This document shows positions 32,005 to 42,655 of a stretch of 64,000 bases of DNA, one piece after another; the first letter of the stretch is position 1, and the number at the start of each line of letters is the position of its first letter. The stretch spans positions 558,001 to 622,000 of the forward strand of contig AP024667.1 of NCBI GenBank assembly GCA_024346625.1. The letters are read 5' to 3'. Both the position numbers and the translations under genes were made by a program. The notes beneath the pieces were generated by a model. The model did no database searches and was not told where the DNA came from. It saw only the letters and a program-made list of their open reading frames with translations. Source of the stretch: Williopsis jadinii. Lineage: Eukaryota.

Positions 32005-33816
32005 TCAGCTGTCATTCTTCTGAGCAGCAGCTTCTGCTCGTTTCCTCCAAAAGTCTGAAACCGCAAGGTAGTCTCCTTGCCACCTTCTAATGGCATTCAT
32101 TGCAGTCTTGGGTTCCGATCTCACCATTGAATGGCCCTTCTCCTTCAAAGCCTCAATAATATCACTACCAATAAAGTCCTCATGTTCGATGTGGTCAGGC
32201 ATGAGTTGATGGTGTATTCTAGGGTATGCTATGGCCTCTAGCAGTGGCATATGATAACTGTAGACACGTACAATGGCTTGCAAAACAGCTGTTAATATTC
32301 TGGATCCACCAGCAGATGCAATAACAAGGTCTGGTTTCCCCAATTCGTTGACGATGATTGTAGGTACGCTCGATGAAAGGGGTCTCTTTTTAGGTCTAAT
32401 GAAGTTGTGAATGGATGGTTCCACACCAAATGAATTTGGAACTCCCGGTGTTGAGAAGTCATCCATTTCATTGTTCAATATGACACCCGTGACCTTGTCA
32501 CGCACCAATGATCCAAAAAGAAGGTTGATTGTCGAAGTGACAGCAACACTGTTATGGTCTTTATCGACAATGGCAAAAGATGTTGTTCCATGTGGCTGAT
32601 TTAATTCATACTCCGGCTTGTAATCCATCCAATGAGCAAGTGTATGGGAGTCATTCCAGTGGTCTATGGCGTACTGAGTCCACTCCTTGCCAATGACAAA
32701 GTCTGTTAAGTTGGTGTCTGGGTCGCCCAACCTACTTCTGGAGCTTGCTGCCCATTTCATAGCTTCCACTAGGCGATGGGTAGCCAAGGGATCCATATCA
32801 CCACCAACGTGCTCGCCAAAATGATCCATAATGTTCAATGCATGGACTAGAGCTGGTCCAGAGCTTGATCCTCCCGCAGTGAAAACGTCATTGTTCAAGA
32901 ACCTGGTCTTTATAGCAGGACGAACATCAACTGAGTACCCTGAGAAGTCATCATCGGAGAAGATTCCACCGTGTTCGTTTGCAGTCTTGATCAAGTTTGA
33001 AGCGATAGGTCCCTGTGGATCGTAGAATATCGCATCGCTTCCATTATTAGCAATGAGTTCTAACGTGTTTGCAAGTTCCAAATGTCTCACCAGGTCGTTC
33101 AATTCAATAACTTGGTCTGTTGTGTTTCCCTTGAAGAGGAAGTAGTAATCTTCACGGTTAGCGAGCAACACTTTCTTATCAGCTTCCACAACGGCAGCCA
33201 ATACAACCGACGCGTTCCAGCCACCTCTCAACAGTTCAACCACCGGCATCACCACATCGCCCCAGCTCAAGTTCCCAGAGCCCTGGAGCTCGAACAACGT
33301 GTAGAGCCCCTTGATCTCCCCAGGTATTCCAGCAGCCAGCCCTCCAACCTTGGACAAATGCTCACGGCCTTTGAACATGTACTTGTCGCTGGCCAGCGGA
33401 GCTGCCTCCCTGGCGTCGATAGCGATGGCCTCCTCCTCCTCGTACTTCTTCGCAACGAAGTAGCCACCCCCACCAATACCAGAGTTGAACATGTTGATGC
33501 CTCCTACGCACAGTGCCACTGTCACTGCGGCATCCGCACTGTTCCCTCCCTTCTCAAGAATATCAACACCAAGCTGCGAGCATACCGGCACATCGCACGC
33601 TACAGAGCCCTTCATCGTCGTGTGCACATGTCTTCCGTCGGGCGTCAGCGACGGCTGGCGCACCAGCTTGCTGAGATCTATGCCTCGGTCCTGTGATATC
33701 ACAGCGTAATTTGTCATCTGCGTGAGCTCGTAAGACTGTTCGTAGTAGGGGCTACGCCACAGGACAACCATCGCCGTGAACAGGGCCATCAGCGTCCACA
33801 CGCTTGCCACGATCAT
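32005..33816 (-). CDS. ECM38: Gamma-glutamyltranspeptidase
   Basis: GGNSADAAVTVALCVG, SGIGGG, IDAREAAP, catalytic HGTTSF, LNNEMDDFS, KRPLSS, AGGSRI; N-terminal anchor. Confidence 0.95.
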   Translation of the reverse strand: MIVASVWTLMALFTAMVVLWRSPYYEQSYELTQMTNYAVISQDRGIDLSKLVRQPSLTPDGRHVHTTMKGSVACDVPVCSQLGVDILEKGGNSADAAVTVALCVGGINMFNSGIGGGGYFVAKKYEEEEAIAIDAREAAPLASDKYMFKGREHLSKVGGLAAGIPGEIKGLYTLFELQGSGNLSWGDVVMPVVELLRGGWNASVVLAAVVEADKKVLLANREDYYFLFKGNTTDQVIELNDLVRHLELANTLELIANNGSDAIFYDPQGPIASNLIKTANEHGGIFSDDDFSGYSVDVRPAIKTRFLNNDVFTAGGSSSGPALVHALNIMDHFGEHVGGDMDPLATHRLVEAMKWAASSRSRLGDPDTNLTDFVIGKEWTQYAIDHWNDSHTLAHWMDYKPEYELNQPHGTTSFAIVDKDHNSVAVTSTINLLFGSLVRDKVTGVILNNEMDDFSTPGVPNSFGVEPSIHNFIRPKKRPLSSSVPTIIVNELGKPDLVIASAGGSRILTAVLQAIVRVYSYHMPLLEAIAYPRIHHQLMPDHIEHEDFIGSDIIEALKEKGHSMVRSEPKTAMNAIRRWQGDYLAVSDFWRKRAEAAAQKNDS

Positions 33817-33998
33817 CTTCGGCTCTTACTTCTGTGTTAGGGCTAGTCCTTCACTCTGATGGTGTGTGTATAACGGGAGAGTGATCTGGAAAGATCTCAA
33901 CGCTGTAAATATCACCAAGCACTGGCTTATCATCCCAGAGATCTGTGGCGTCTTGTGCAGAGGCCTTTTCTTTCTTTTTTCAGCGGGGGCGAAACTGT

Positions 33999-34026
33999 CA
34001 CGTGATATCCACGTGATTCTCACGTG
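33999..34026. promoter_or_regulatory. Three CACGTG E-boxes (Cbf1-type) at 11-bp periodicity upstream of ECM38
   Basis: CACGTG at 33999, 34010 and 34021; Met31/32-like CTGTGGC at 33943-49. Confidence 0.7.
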
Positions 34027-34536
34027 AGCGTCCGGAGTTTAACCCATTTGTAGAAACAGCGTAGAAACAGTACAATATGGTTGGTTCCAGCTAGGATTAA
34101 CAGGTTGAGAGGCCCCATGTAACGCTCCTATCGAGTCCCATGTGGTCAGTGTGTCCTCTGGTGCAGACACCAGCACAGTTGGAACCCCTGTTGTGTCGAT
34201 TGAAGTGAGCACTGAGAGCCAGGGGCCCTTCATGGGGCCTTGGAACTCCCGGCGTAAGCCGCTTGCTCAGTTTTAGCCATGGGAGAGTGTAGTCTTCTCG
34301 TAGTGTTCCTCACTGCCACACACCACTCACACTGCCTCTGTATAAGGTCTCAATTGCCATGGCCATGCGTTGTGATGGCTCTTTCTCGCCAACTGCTACT
34401 GATTCTGGTGTGTGTGTGAAGTGGATTTTGAGCGAAGCGTTGGTAATTTTCGGCCATCCCAAATCTCCAACCTGAGTTCTCGACGAACGCACTTCGCACA
34501 GATGCCTCAAGCCTACTTTAGCGTCACCGAGTGTAT

Positions 34537-35394
34537 ATGGGGCCAAGATCGACTATTGCACCGCTGATGGATACGCTGTTCACCGGTGAGATCTCTGAGA
34601 ACGTCCCGGGCAGGAAAGACATAGAGGCTGCTGATGAGCTTCGACGGTTTGAACAGTTTGTGTCGAAGCTTAAGGACCTGGACACAGATGAGCCGCAACA
34701 GTACGAGGGTAATGCGCTCTTCCTCCACTACAAGCTAGGGCACTTGAAGGGCAGCTCGTTTGAAATCATGTCTCCTGATCTTAATGGGCTTTACCGGGAG
34801 GTTCAGGACTACGCGTCGAGCACAACGTTCTACATGAACCCGATTGATTGTGAAAGACAGTGTCTGCTGTTGGAGTCCAGGCTGGTCAATGCGACTGGAA
34901 ACTCCGTCAACATCACGTACAAGAACGAGCCGACTCCCCAGAGTCCAACGACGCTCTCTTATCCGTATCCCCCAGATATCCTGGAAAAAGAGCACCCTGC
35001 GCACTTTACCCTTTCCAAAGACGACCTGGTTCGAGGTTTCAAGTCCATTAGGCGGGAGGTCAATGCGAAAATCATCCAGCCAATCACCGCTGCTACTGGC
35101 TACAAGTGGCACTACTCTCGAAGCACGTACAAGGACAAAGTGTACTTCATGTACTTTTCGTGTTTCCAGGACTCGAGGGCCGATATGAGACCTTCCAAGT
35201 TCAAACACTTTTCCCAGCAACAGCTGGAAGTTTTCCAGCTCCAGCCATGTGAGTCGTCGTTGCTTGTCGGGCTGAATATCTTCACAAAGAAAGTCATCAT
35301 CTACTACTCCCACAAGAGACACAGGAAACTGTTTGATATTGCCTGTTCGTTCTTGACGGAGATGTACGAGACGGGTTCCTTCCTGGTATCATAG
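34537..35394 (+). CDS. Uncharacterised protein with a putative C-terminal WRKY/GCM1-like zinc-binding domain
   Basis: 285-codon ORF with coding-like codon usage; TGYKWHY...YFSCFQD...PCESSLLV...VIIYYSHKRH pattern. Confidence 0.65.
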   Translation: MGPRSTIAPLMDTLFTGEISENVPGRKDIEAADELRRFEQFVSKLKDLDTDEPQQYEGNALFLHYKLGHLKGSSFEIMSPDLNGLYREVQDYASSTTFYMNPIDCERQCLLLESRLVNATGNSVNITYKNEPTPQSPTTLSYPYPPDILEKEHPAHFTLSKDDLVRGFKSIRREVNAKIIQPITAATGYKWHYSRSTYKDKVYFMYFSCFQDSRADMRPSKFKHFSQQQLEVFQLQPCESSLLVGLNIFTKKVIIYYSHKRHRKLFDIACSFLTEMYETGSFLVS

Positions 35395-35792
35395 AATGGC
35401 TCGCCATGGGCGTGCATCACCACCCCTTCAACAAAAGAACAACACCAGCTGGTTACATAACCTGTTGATCGTTTCGATGTGTGTCTTTCCATCGGCTTGT
35501 TCCATATATATAATTCGAATCTTGTAGATGCCTAATGTGTTGCCCTGGCAACACATCACGTAAACAGCCCAATGCGGAAACCCATAAACATTCCGCCCAA
35601 AGAGGTAATTTTCGCGCCTTCCCAGTAGCCGCCCGCGCATTTCCAATGTTTTTTTTTCCCTTCTCATAGCGCTTTTGTGATCTCTCAAAAGTTTTCTGAA
35701 GGAGAGAAAAGGGAAAAAAAGGCGATTTGTTTACATTCTTCGAAGGCAAAGCAAACGAACTTTCACATCAAAAGAACTGGAAGCGATACGCA

Positions 35793-37355
35793 ATGAGAGA
35801 AGTTATTAGTGTTAACGGTATGTCTTAGTCAGTCTTGTGCCAACGCGTGGATGTATTCCTCGAAGCGCGTGTGGTGTGGTGTGTTTACCTCTGTCATTGA
35901 AATGTTTCATGATGTTGTTTGTTTCATAAACACGCGTTTCTTGAAGGAAGAGCGTGAGTGTCACACTGGCAGTGGGGCGGTATGATCACCGGTAGTGGCT
36001 ACGTGGAGTGGATACTAACAGCATAGACAGTCGGTCAGGCTGGTTGTCAAATTGGTAACAGTTGTTGGGAGTTGTATTCTCTCGAACACGGTATCCAACC
36101 GGATGGTTACTTGAAAGAAGGATTGACTAGACCAAAAGGCGGTGAGGAAGGTTTCTCCACTTTCTTCTCTGAAACTGGATCTGGTAAGTACGTGCCAAGA
36201 GCTTTGTATGTTGATTTGGAGCCAAATGTCGTTGATGAGGTGAGAACTGGTAAGTACAAGGACTTGTTTCACCCAGAACAGTTGATCACCGGTAAGGAGG
36301 ATGCTGCAAACAACTACGCTAGAGGTCACTACACCGTTGGTAGAGACTTGCTAGATGATGTCTTGGAGAGAATCAGAAGAATGGCAGATCAGTGTGACGG
36401 TTTGCAAGGTTTCTTGTTCACACATTCCCTTGGTGGTGGTACAGGTTCAGGTTTTGGTTCTCTCCTGTTGGAACAGTTGAGTTTGGAATACGGTAAGAAG
36501 GCCAAGTTGGAATTCGCTGTTTACCCAGGCCCACAGATGTCCACTTCTGTCGTTGAGCCATACAACACCGTCTTGACAACACACACCACTTTGGAACACG
36601 CTGACTGTACCTTCATGGTTGATAACGAAGCCATCTACGATATCTGTAGAAGAAACTTGGATATTTCAAGACCAAGTTTCTCATCTTTGAACAGTTTGAT
36701 TGCTCAGGTTGTGTCCTCAGTGACTGCTTCTTTGAGATTCGACGGTTCTTTGAACGTTGACTTGAACGAATTCCAAACCAACTTGGTTCCATTCCCAAGA
36801 ATTCATTTCCCATTGGTTGGATACGCCCCAGTTGTTTCTAGTGCGAGAGCTATTCATGAATCAAACTCTGTTGCAGAAATCACAAACGCTTGTTTCGAAC
36901 CAGGTAACCAAATGGTCAAGTGTGATCCAAGAGCTGGTAAGTACATGGCAACCTGTTTGCTTTACAGAGGTGACGCTGTGACAAGAGATGTCCAAAATGC
37001 AGTGTCACAAGTCAAGGCTAAGAAGACTGTCCAGTTGGTTGATTGGATTCCAACCGGTTTCAAGATTGGTATCTGTTACCAACCACCAACTGTCCCACCT
37101 GAGTCTGACTTTGCTGCTGTTTCTAGAGCCGTTTGTATGCTCTCTAACACCACTGCCATTGCTGAGGCTTGGAGAAGAATTGACAAGAAGTTCGACTTGA
37201 TGTACTCCAAGAGAGCATTTGTCCACTGGTATGTTGGTGAAGGTATGGAAGAAGGTGAATTCACTGAGGCTAGAGAAGACTTGGCTGCTTTGGAGAGAGA
37301 CTATGAAGAGGTTGGTTTCGATTCCAACGACCCAGAAGAAGGTGAGGAGTACTAA
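35793..37355 (+). CDS. TUB1: Alpha-tubulin; exons 35793-35817 and 36031-37355
   Basis: [38 protein letters not shown]-terminal EEGEEY. Confidence 0.98.
35818..36030 (+). other. Intron (213 nt) in TUB1
   Basis: GTATGT donor in codon 9, TACTAAC 36013-19, CAG acceptor. Confidence 0.95.
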
Positions 37356-37564
37356 ATGTGTTGACATATATATGATACCCAAAGTCTGGTGTTTGTCTCT
37401 CTTCTGTTTTTGTCATGTTTCCACTTCCCTTATTTTTGCTCGCAGCCAATGTCTCCATACATGTTGATACCTTACTTGTTTAATTCTTTATGGTGTTTGA
37501 TTAATTATAGATGCTCTTTCGTAGTTGAAACTGCTTATGCTATATATATAGGACTAACGAACCA

Positions 37565-38860
37565 TCACATGTTGAAAAAGGACTTCAGGTTTCTAACTTG
37601 CAACTTCTTCACTATGGTAGGCTTTTTAGTTCCAGCTCCAGAATGTTGAACTGATCCAGGTCTGATTGCAGTAGCTGTGATTTCTGGGACGGCCTTGTCG
37701 TTCAATACAATGGCCTGAGAGAACCCAGTTAACCCTCTTAGACTCCAAAGCTGGTCATATTCCGATTCCAAATCTTTGAATTTCCCAATGTAAGTGTGAT
37801 TAACAACATGGAAATCGAGTAAGATCGTTGATGGTGAAGGTAACTTCGTGTGGTTTGTAATGTTGTACTTTTTCATAATGGTTTGTGCCTTTATACCCCA
37901 AGGTAGGTTTTCCATAGCACGATCGTTGGTCACTGTCCAGTTGATCAAGTCCAACTCTTTCCAGTCCCTTTGGATGTTAAGAATTGTCTTGCCTGTCACT
38001 TCTATGTATAGCAGCTTGCACGATGCAGCTATTTTTTGCAATTTACACAGTGCACCTTGTGACTCTAATGGTAATGACAATACTTGTAGGTTTTTCCATT
38101 TACCTGCTTTGATAGCTGTACACCACCTGTCCAGTACAAGGTCTGGAATTGTAGTAAGTCTTCCAATCTTCAGAGCCATTAGATTCGTCAAGTTTGTCAA
38201 GTGGATGAGCTCATCATACTTCATTGGTTTGTTGATCTCCAGCATGACCATATTGTCAAAGGTCAAGCTATTCATTGTCGTCACAAAGTTTGAGAAACGG
38301 ATGTTGCCAAAGACTCTTTCTATCCGATGGCGTGTTTCGTTCGGTAAGCTCGACTTCAGGATCATGTCCTTCTTTGCCAACACCTGATTAGTAACGAAAG
38401 GATGGCACATAAACTGGGCTTCTTTACTAAAATTGGATGCAAACAGTTCAAACGTCTGGAAACTATCGCGTCTCCATAGAGAGATGTACTCCCAGACGAG
38501 TTTCCAAACCTGCCATGAACTCGACTTCAGCATGGAAGAGCTCAACAAGTTTTGGTTCTCTGCAATCTTCATTGCAGACAACGTCTTTAAAGACTTGAGT
38601 GTTCTCTGTTCATCGCGTGAGGAAAGCACAACTGGCGAAATGACTGAACCCCACTCATAGTTTGCCTCCGTGGATGTATCATTATACATATTACTCGAGC
38701 CTATTGCCTTGAACTGCTCCTCAACGGTGATGAACTTGTTCTTTTTCCAGTCCTTTTTGCCGTCATCCTTTTCAGACCTTTTCCTCTTTCTATCGTTATC
38801 CACTTGTTTCCTCCATCTTTGGAAAGTCCTAGACCTGGTGGGATTTTGGAGCTCCATCAT
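37565..38860 (-). CDS. Uncharacterised protein with LRR-like segments
   Basis: 431-codon ORF; LIHLTNLTNLMALKI and WKNLQVLSLP resemble LxxLxLxx repeats; basic NLS-like N-terminus. Confidence 0.7.
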   Translation of the reverse strand: MMELQNPTRSRTFQRWRKQVDNDRKRKRSEKDDGKKDWKKNKFITVEEQFKAIGSSNMYNDTSTEANYEWGSVISPVVLSSRDEQRTLKSLKTLSAMKIAENQNLLSSSMLKSSSWQVWKLVWEYISLWRRDSFQTFELFASNFSKEAQFMCHPFVTNQVLAKKDMILKSSLPNETRHRIERVFGNIRFSNFVTTMNSLTFDNMVMLEINKPMKYDELIHLTNLTNLMALKIGRLTTIPDLVLDRWCTAIKAGKWKNLQVLSLPLESQGALCKLQKIAASCKLLYIEVTGKTILNIQRDWKELDLINWTVTNDRAMENLPWGIKAQTIMKKYNITNHTKLPSPSTILLDFHVVNHTYIGKFKDLESEYDQLWSLRGLTGFSQAIVLNDKAVPEITATAIRPGSVQHSGAGTKKPTIVKKLQVRNLKSFFNM

Positions 38861-39528
38861 GTTCAAGACTCTGAGGACTTTGGTGGTGGGACTTGGCGGT
38901 GGGACTTGGTGGTCAAGCGTGGTCAGCTGGGCTAGATGGCCAACGGATTATATCGCCAGCGGATTATATGGGCCCAACCGCCTAAATGGTCTCCAACGAA
39001 AAGTAAACAACGCGTAAAAACTCATCTTCTGTGGCCAGCTCAAACCGCGCGCGCGCGTCTCAGTGACCACGGATCGAGTTCAGGACAAAAACTGACCCGT
39101 CATTGTGGCCCGCGAATTCGTCTCATAAAACCAGGTGAGCTGACTTTTTCATCGTTCGAGCCTCGACGGCTGTGGACAAATGAAAATGCGTTTCAAGTCC
39201 CAAAATGGGGCAGGGGAAAACGAAATGCCTGTTCGAATTTTCCACGGACTGGGGCTTTATTCTTTCCTCCTCCCGGTAGTACGAACTCAAAGAGCACCAT
39301 CTAAACATCCATAGACTCCTGCAACTGTCTGGAGACCACACACATCCAATTGTCGTCGTAATCGCAACCCATTCAGCTCTGATTGAACCGTGTCTATCTG
39401 CGCTGCGCGTGTGTGTGTTTTTCTTTCTTTTGTCCGCTCTGTCTTGATTTTTTCCTCTTCATTTTCTGGGACTAAGACCTGAACCATCGTCTCCAGAGAC
39501 CACGCATAGAACCAAGAGCTGGGTCACG

Positions 39529-41106
39529 ATGTCTGTTGTTGGCTTGGGGAAGAAGAACTTCATCTTCTCGAACTGGGCACGTATCCACTCGTGCAAACCA
39601 CAGCTGTACTTCCAGCCCTCGACGCTGGATGAGATTGTGGCGTTGGTAGCGGAGGCCAAGTCCCACTCAAAGACCCTTCTGACGGTTGGGTCTGGCCATT
39701 CTCCATCGGACCTCGTCATGACGGAGGACTGGCTGGTGAACTTGGACAACTACAACAACGTTCTGGAGATCAGAAGGGACCCAAGTGGCCTGTTTGCTGA
39801 TGTCACCGTGGAGGCCGGGATGAGACTGTACCAGTTGCACAAGCACCTGGCAGATGAAGGGCTGGCGATGCAAAACCTGGGCTCGATCTCGGAGCAGTCC
39901 ATCGCAGGCATCATCTCCACAGGCACACACGGTGCTTCTCCGTACCATGGCCTGGTGTCTCAGCAGATTGTCGACCTGACGTTGGTGAACGGGAAAGGCG
40001 AAGTTGTGTACTGCAGCTCTGATGTGAACCAGGACATCTTCAGAGCAGCACTGCTCTCACTGGGCAAGATTGGTATCATCGTCAAGGCCACGATCCGTAC
40101 AATCCCTGCTTTCAAGGTGAAGTCGTCCGAGGAGGTGGTGACCTTTGAGACGCTGCTGGAGAAATGGGAGACGCTGTGGGTCTCGTCAGAGTTCATCAGG
40201 GTATGGTGGTACCCGTACGCTAAGAAGTGTGTTCTCTGGCGAGGCCAGAAGACAGAAGAGCCAACGACGACGCCTAGACAGAGCTGGTGGGGTACCAAGT
40301 TTGGAAGATTCTTCTACGAGGCACTGCTATGGATTGCCGTCAACATCTATCCACCGTTCACGCCTGCTATTGAAAAGTTTGTCTTTAACAGACAGTTCGG
40401 TAAGGTTGAGACCGTTGGCGATGGTGCTGTCAACGTTGCTGGCTCCGTGGAAGCACTGAACATGGATTGTCTCTTCTCACAGTTTGTCAACGAATGGGCG
40501 GCTCCTCTGAACAACGGTCCTGAGATCCTGAGATCTCTGGAGCACAGCATCAACGTTGCCGCTGCCAACCATGACTTCTACGTCCATGTGCCAGTGGAGA
40601 TTCGTTGCTCGAACACCACAAGCACTAACGAGGAGTCGTCATCAACGGTCCAGGAGGAGATCAGGGGACGCTCTACAACGTCGCCTGGCCCAGTAAGGGG
40701 TAACAACCTGCGCCCTTACCTGGATAACACACCGAAGTTGAACTACGCTCCGCTCTCTGATGTCACCAACTCACAGTTGACACTCTACATCAATGCAACC
40801 ATGTACAGACCTTTCTTCACAAACTCGCCTATTGGCCAATGGTACAAGATCTTTGAAGAGACCATGGGCGCTGCTGGTGGTAAGCCACACTGGGCTAAGA
40901 ACTTCATAGGCTCGACTGAGTGGGCTGAAGGAGAAGTCAAGGAGGAGTCGAAGTACCAGGACGGTGAAATGAGAGGGTTTGCTACAAAGAATAGAGAGTG
41001 GTTTGGTGAGGACTTGGAGGCGTTCAAGAGGGTGAGAGCGGAGCAAGACCCCGATGGTGTTTTCCTCAGTTCGAAGCCATGGTTGGTGAAGAATGGAATC
41101 ATCTGA
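39529..41106 (+). CDS. ALO1: D-arabinono-1,4-lactone oxidase
   Basis: FSNWA, VGSGHSPSD (covalent FAD His), NLGSISEQSIAGIISTGTHG, GGKPHWAK; near TUB1 as in S. cerevisiae YML085-087. Confidence 0.96.
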   Translation: MSVVGLGKKNFIFSNWARIHSCKPQLYFQPSTLDEIVALVAEAKSHSKTLLTVGSGHSPSDLVMTEDWLVNLDNYNNVLEIRRDPSGLFADVTVEAGMRLYQLHKHLADEGLAMQNLGSISEQSIAGIISTGTHGASPYHGLVSQQIVDLTLVNGKGEVVYCSSDVNQDIFRAALLSLGKIGIIVKATIRTIPAFKVKSSEEVVTFETLLEKWETLWVSSEFIRVWWYPYAKKCVLWRGQKTEEPTTTPRQSWWGTKFGRFFYEALLWIAVNIYPPFTPAIEKFVFNRQFGKVETVGDGAVNVAGSVEALNMDCLFSQFVNEWAAPLNNGPEILRSLEHSINVAAANHDFYVHVPVEIRCSNTTSTNEESSSTVQEEIRGRSTTSPGPVRGNNLRPYLDNTPKLNYAPLSDVTNSQLTLYINATMYRPFFTNSPIGQWYKIFEETMGAAGGKPHWAKNFIGSTEWAEGEVKEESKYQDGEMRGFATKNREWFGEDLEAFKRVRAEQDPDGVFLSSKPWLVKNGII

Positions 41107-41318
41107 TTGCGTTTGCTTGAGAGGGAGAGAGAGCCGGGTATGAAAGCAAAGAGGAGAGAACGTGGTGATGGTGTGTGTTTGTTTACGGTTGTTTGTACTT
41201 GGAATGTCCATCACGTCCTGGAGCCCCGTGCTTGCTAGTTTATACGACGATTGTTAATCTATAGAATTACGTGAATAAACAACTGTATACCGCTGTTGGG
41301 AGCTGTTGGACGGTGATC

Positions 41319-41363
41319 CTGTACACCTCGTTGATGCTGTACACCTCGTTGACACTGTACACC
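41319..41363 (+). repeat. 18-bp tandem repeat CTGTACACCTCGTTGA(TG/CA) x2.5
   Basis: Direct inspection of the ALO1-PGA3 intergenic region. Confidence 0.85.
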
Positions 41364-41697
41364 CGCCAGAGGAGACGGCGGAGTGGAGCTACGTGCTGTG
41401 GCGGGACAGGCCTGTGGTGATGAGCTCGTTCCCTTCGACGACAGCCAGCCAAAGAGCGGCCAACGAGCGCTCAACTGGTCTACCGTCGCAGCAAGCGAAC
41501 AAGATCACTCGCCCAGGCGGCTCTACGGTGCAACGCTACGGGCCACGCTACAGGCCACAGCTACATAGAGCGCTTCAACCAACGGTTGTTGTTGTTGTTG
41601 ATGTTGATGTTTTTAGCGACTTTGCCGCTGAAAAATTGACGGCGCTTACTAACGTCCTCCACTCACGCTCATCACGGCCTGGAATACTACAATTACC

Positions 41698-42615
41698 ATG
41701 TCGAAAGAGCAGAAGAAGAATCCTCATGACATGCTGAAAGAGCCGTTGCACGGCATCTACATCCCCGTGGCGTTGATCATCTGTGGCACCTTGATCTTTG
41801 GAGCCCAGTACCTGCCATACGTACTGGGAATACTGCTACCGTTCTTAGCGTTCAGGTTCTACAACGCGTACGTATTGAGACAGTCGATCTTCCCCGATAA
41901 GTGGACCAAGCTGGAGCTGGCCGAGTCCACGATCATCAGCAAGAACTGTGCTATCTACCGCTTCAATCTGGTGAGGGATTCTGAGGCTCTGGACATCCCA
42001 GTGGGCCACCATCTGGCGGTCAGAGTCAACGATGAGGTTCGCTATTACACTCCAATCTCAAGCAGGGATGACCAGGGCTACTTTGAGATCATCGTCAAGT
42101 CGTACGCCGATGGTAACGTGTCGAGATACTTTGCTGGGCTGAGACCAGGCCAGACTGTGGAGTTCAAAGGGCCAGTTGGGAGGTTCAACTACGCAACAAA
42201 CCACGTCAAGGAGATCGGCATGATTGCTGGTGGTTCCGGCATCACTCCGATTCTCCAGGTCATTAGTGAAGTGACTAGAACGCCAGAGGACGTGACGAAG
42301 CTTTCGCTCATCTACGCCAATGAAACTGCCAACGACATCTTGTTGAAAGACGAGCTGGACGAGCTCGCTGAGAAGTACCCGTACTTTGACGTCCACTACA
42401 CCCTCACCCATCCACCAGAAGGATGGACCGGGGATGTTGGATACGTCACCAAGGATATGATTGCGAAGTACCTGCCATCTCCATCTGAGGACTCCAGAGT
42501 CCTCATCTGTGGTCCAAAGGGCATGAAAACGGCAATGGCCCAGTACACGGAGGAATTGGGGTTTGATGAGGCCAAAATGCCCTCCAAAGGTGACGATCAG
42601 GTCTTCATATTTTGA
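41698..42615 (+). CDS. PGA3: NADH-cytochrome b5 reductase-like protein (Pga3/Aim33 family)
   Basis: EPLHGIYIP N-terminal TM pair, RYYTPIS, GMIAGGSGITP, CGPKGM, DQVFIF; follows ALO1. Confidence 0.82.
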   Translation: MSKEQKKNPHDMLKEPLHGIYIPVALIICGTLIFGAQYLPYVLGILLPFLAFRFYNAYVLRQSIFPDKWTKLELAESTIISKNCAIYRFNLVRDSEALDIPVGHHLAVRVNDEVRYYTPISSRDDQGYFEIIVKSYADGNVSRYFAGLRPGQTVEFKGPVGRFNYATNHVKEIGMIAGGSGITPILQVISEVTRTPEDVTKLSLIYANETANDILLKDELDELAEKYPYFDVHYTLTHPPEGWTGDVGYVTKDMIAKYLPSPSEDSRVLICGPKGMKTAMAQYTEELGFDEAKMPSKGDDQVFIF

Positions 42616-42655
42616 TAGATATATAGGTGTCTCTAGTATATATACGTGTTGTGGT

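Noticed and set aside
33826..33845. CCCTAAC-ACAG branch/acceptor-like motif upstream of the ECM38 ATG
   Set aside because: No convincing donor upstream; the protein is complete without it.
34080..34250. B-box-like TCGAGTCCC and small hairpins
   Set aside because: No cloverleaf or A-box; not a tRNA.
38875..38913. 13-bp repeat GGTGGGACTTGGY as an N-terminal coding extension
   Set aside because: Unit length is not a multiple of 3 and there is no upstream ATG; treated as a simple non-coding repeat.
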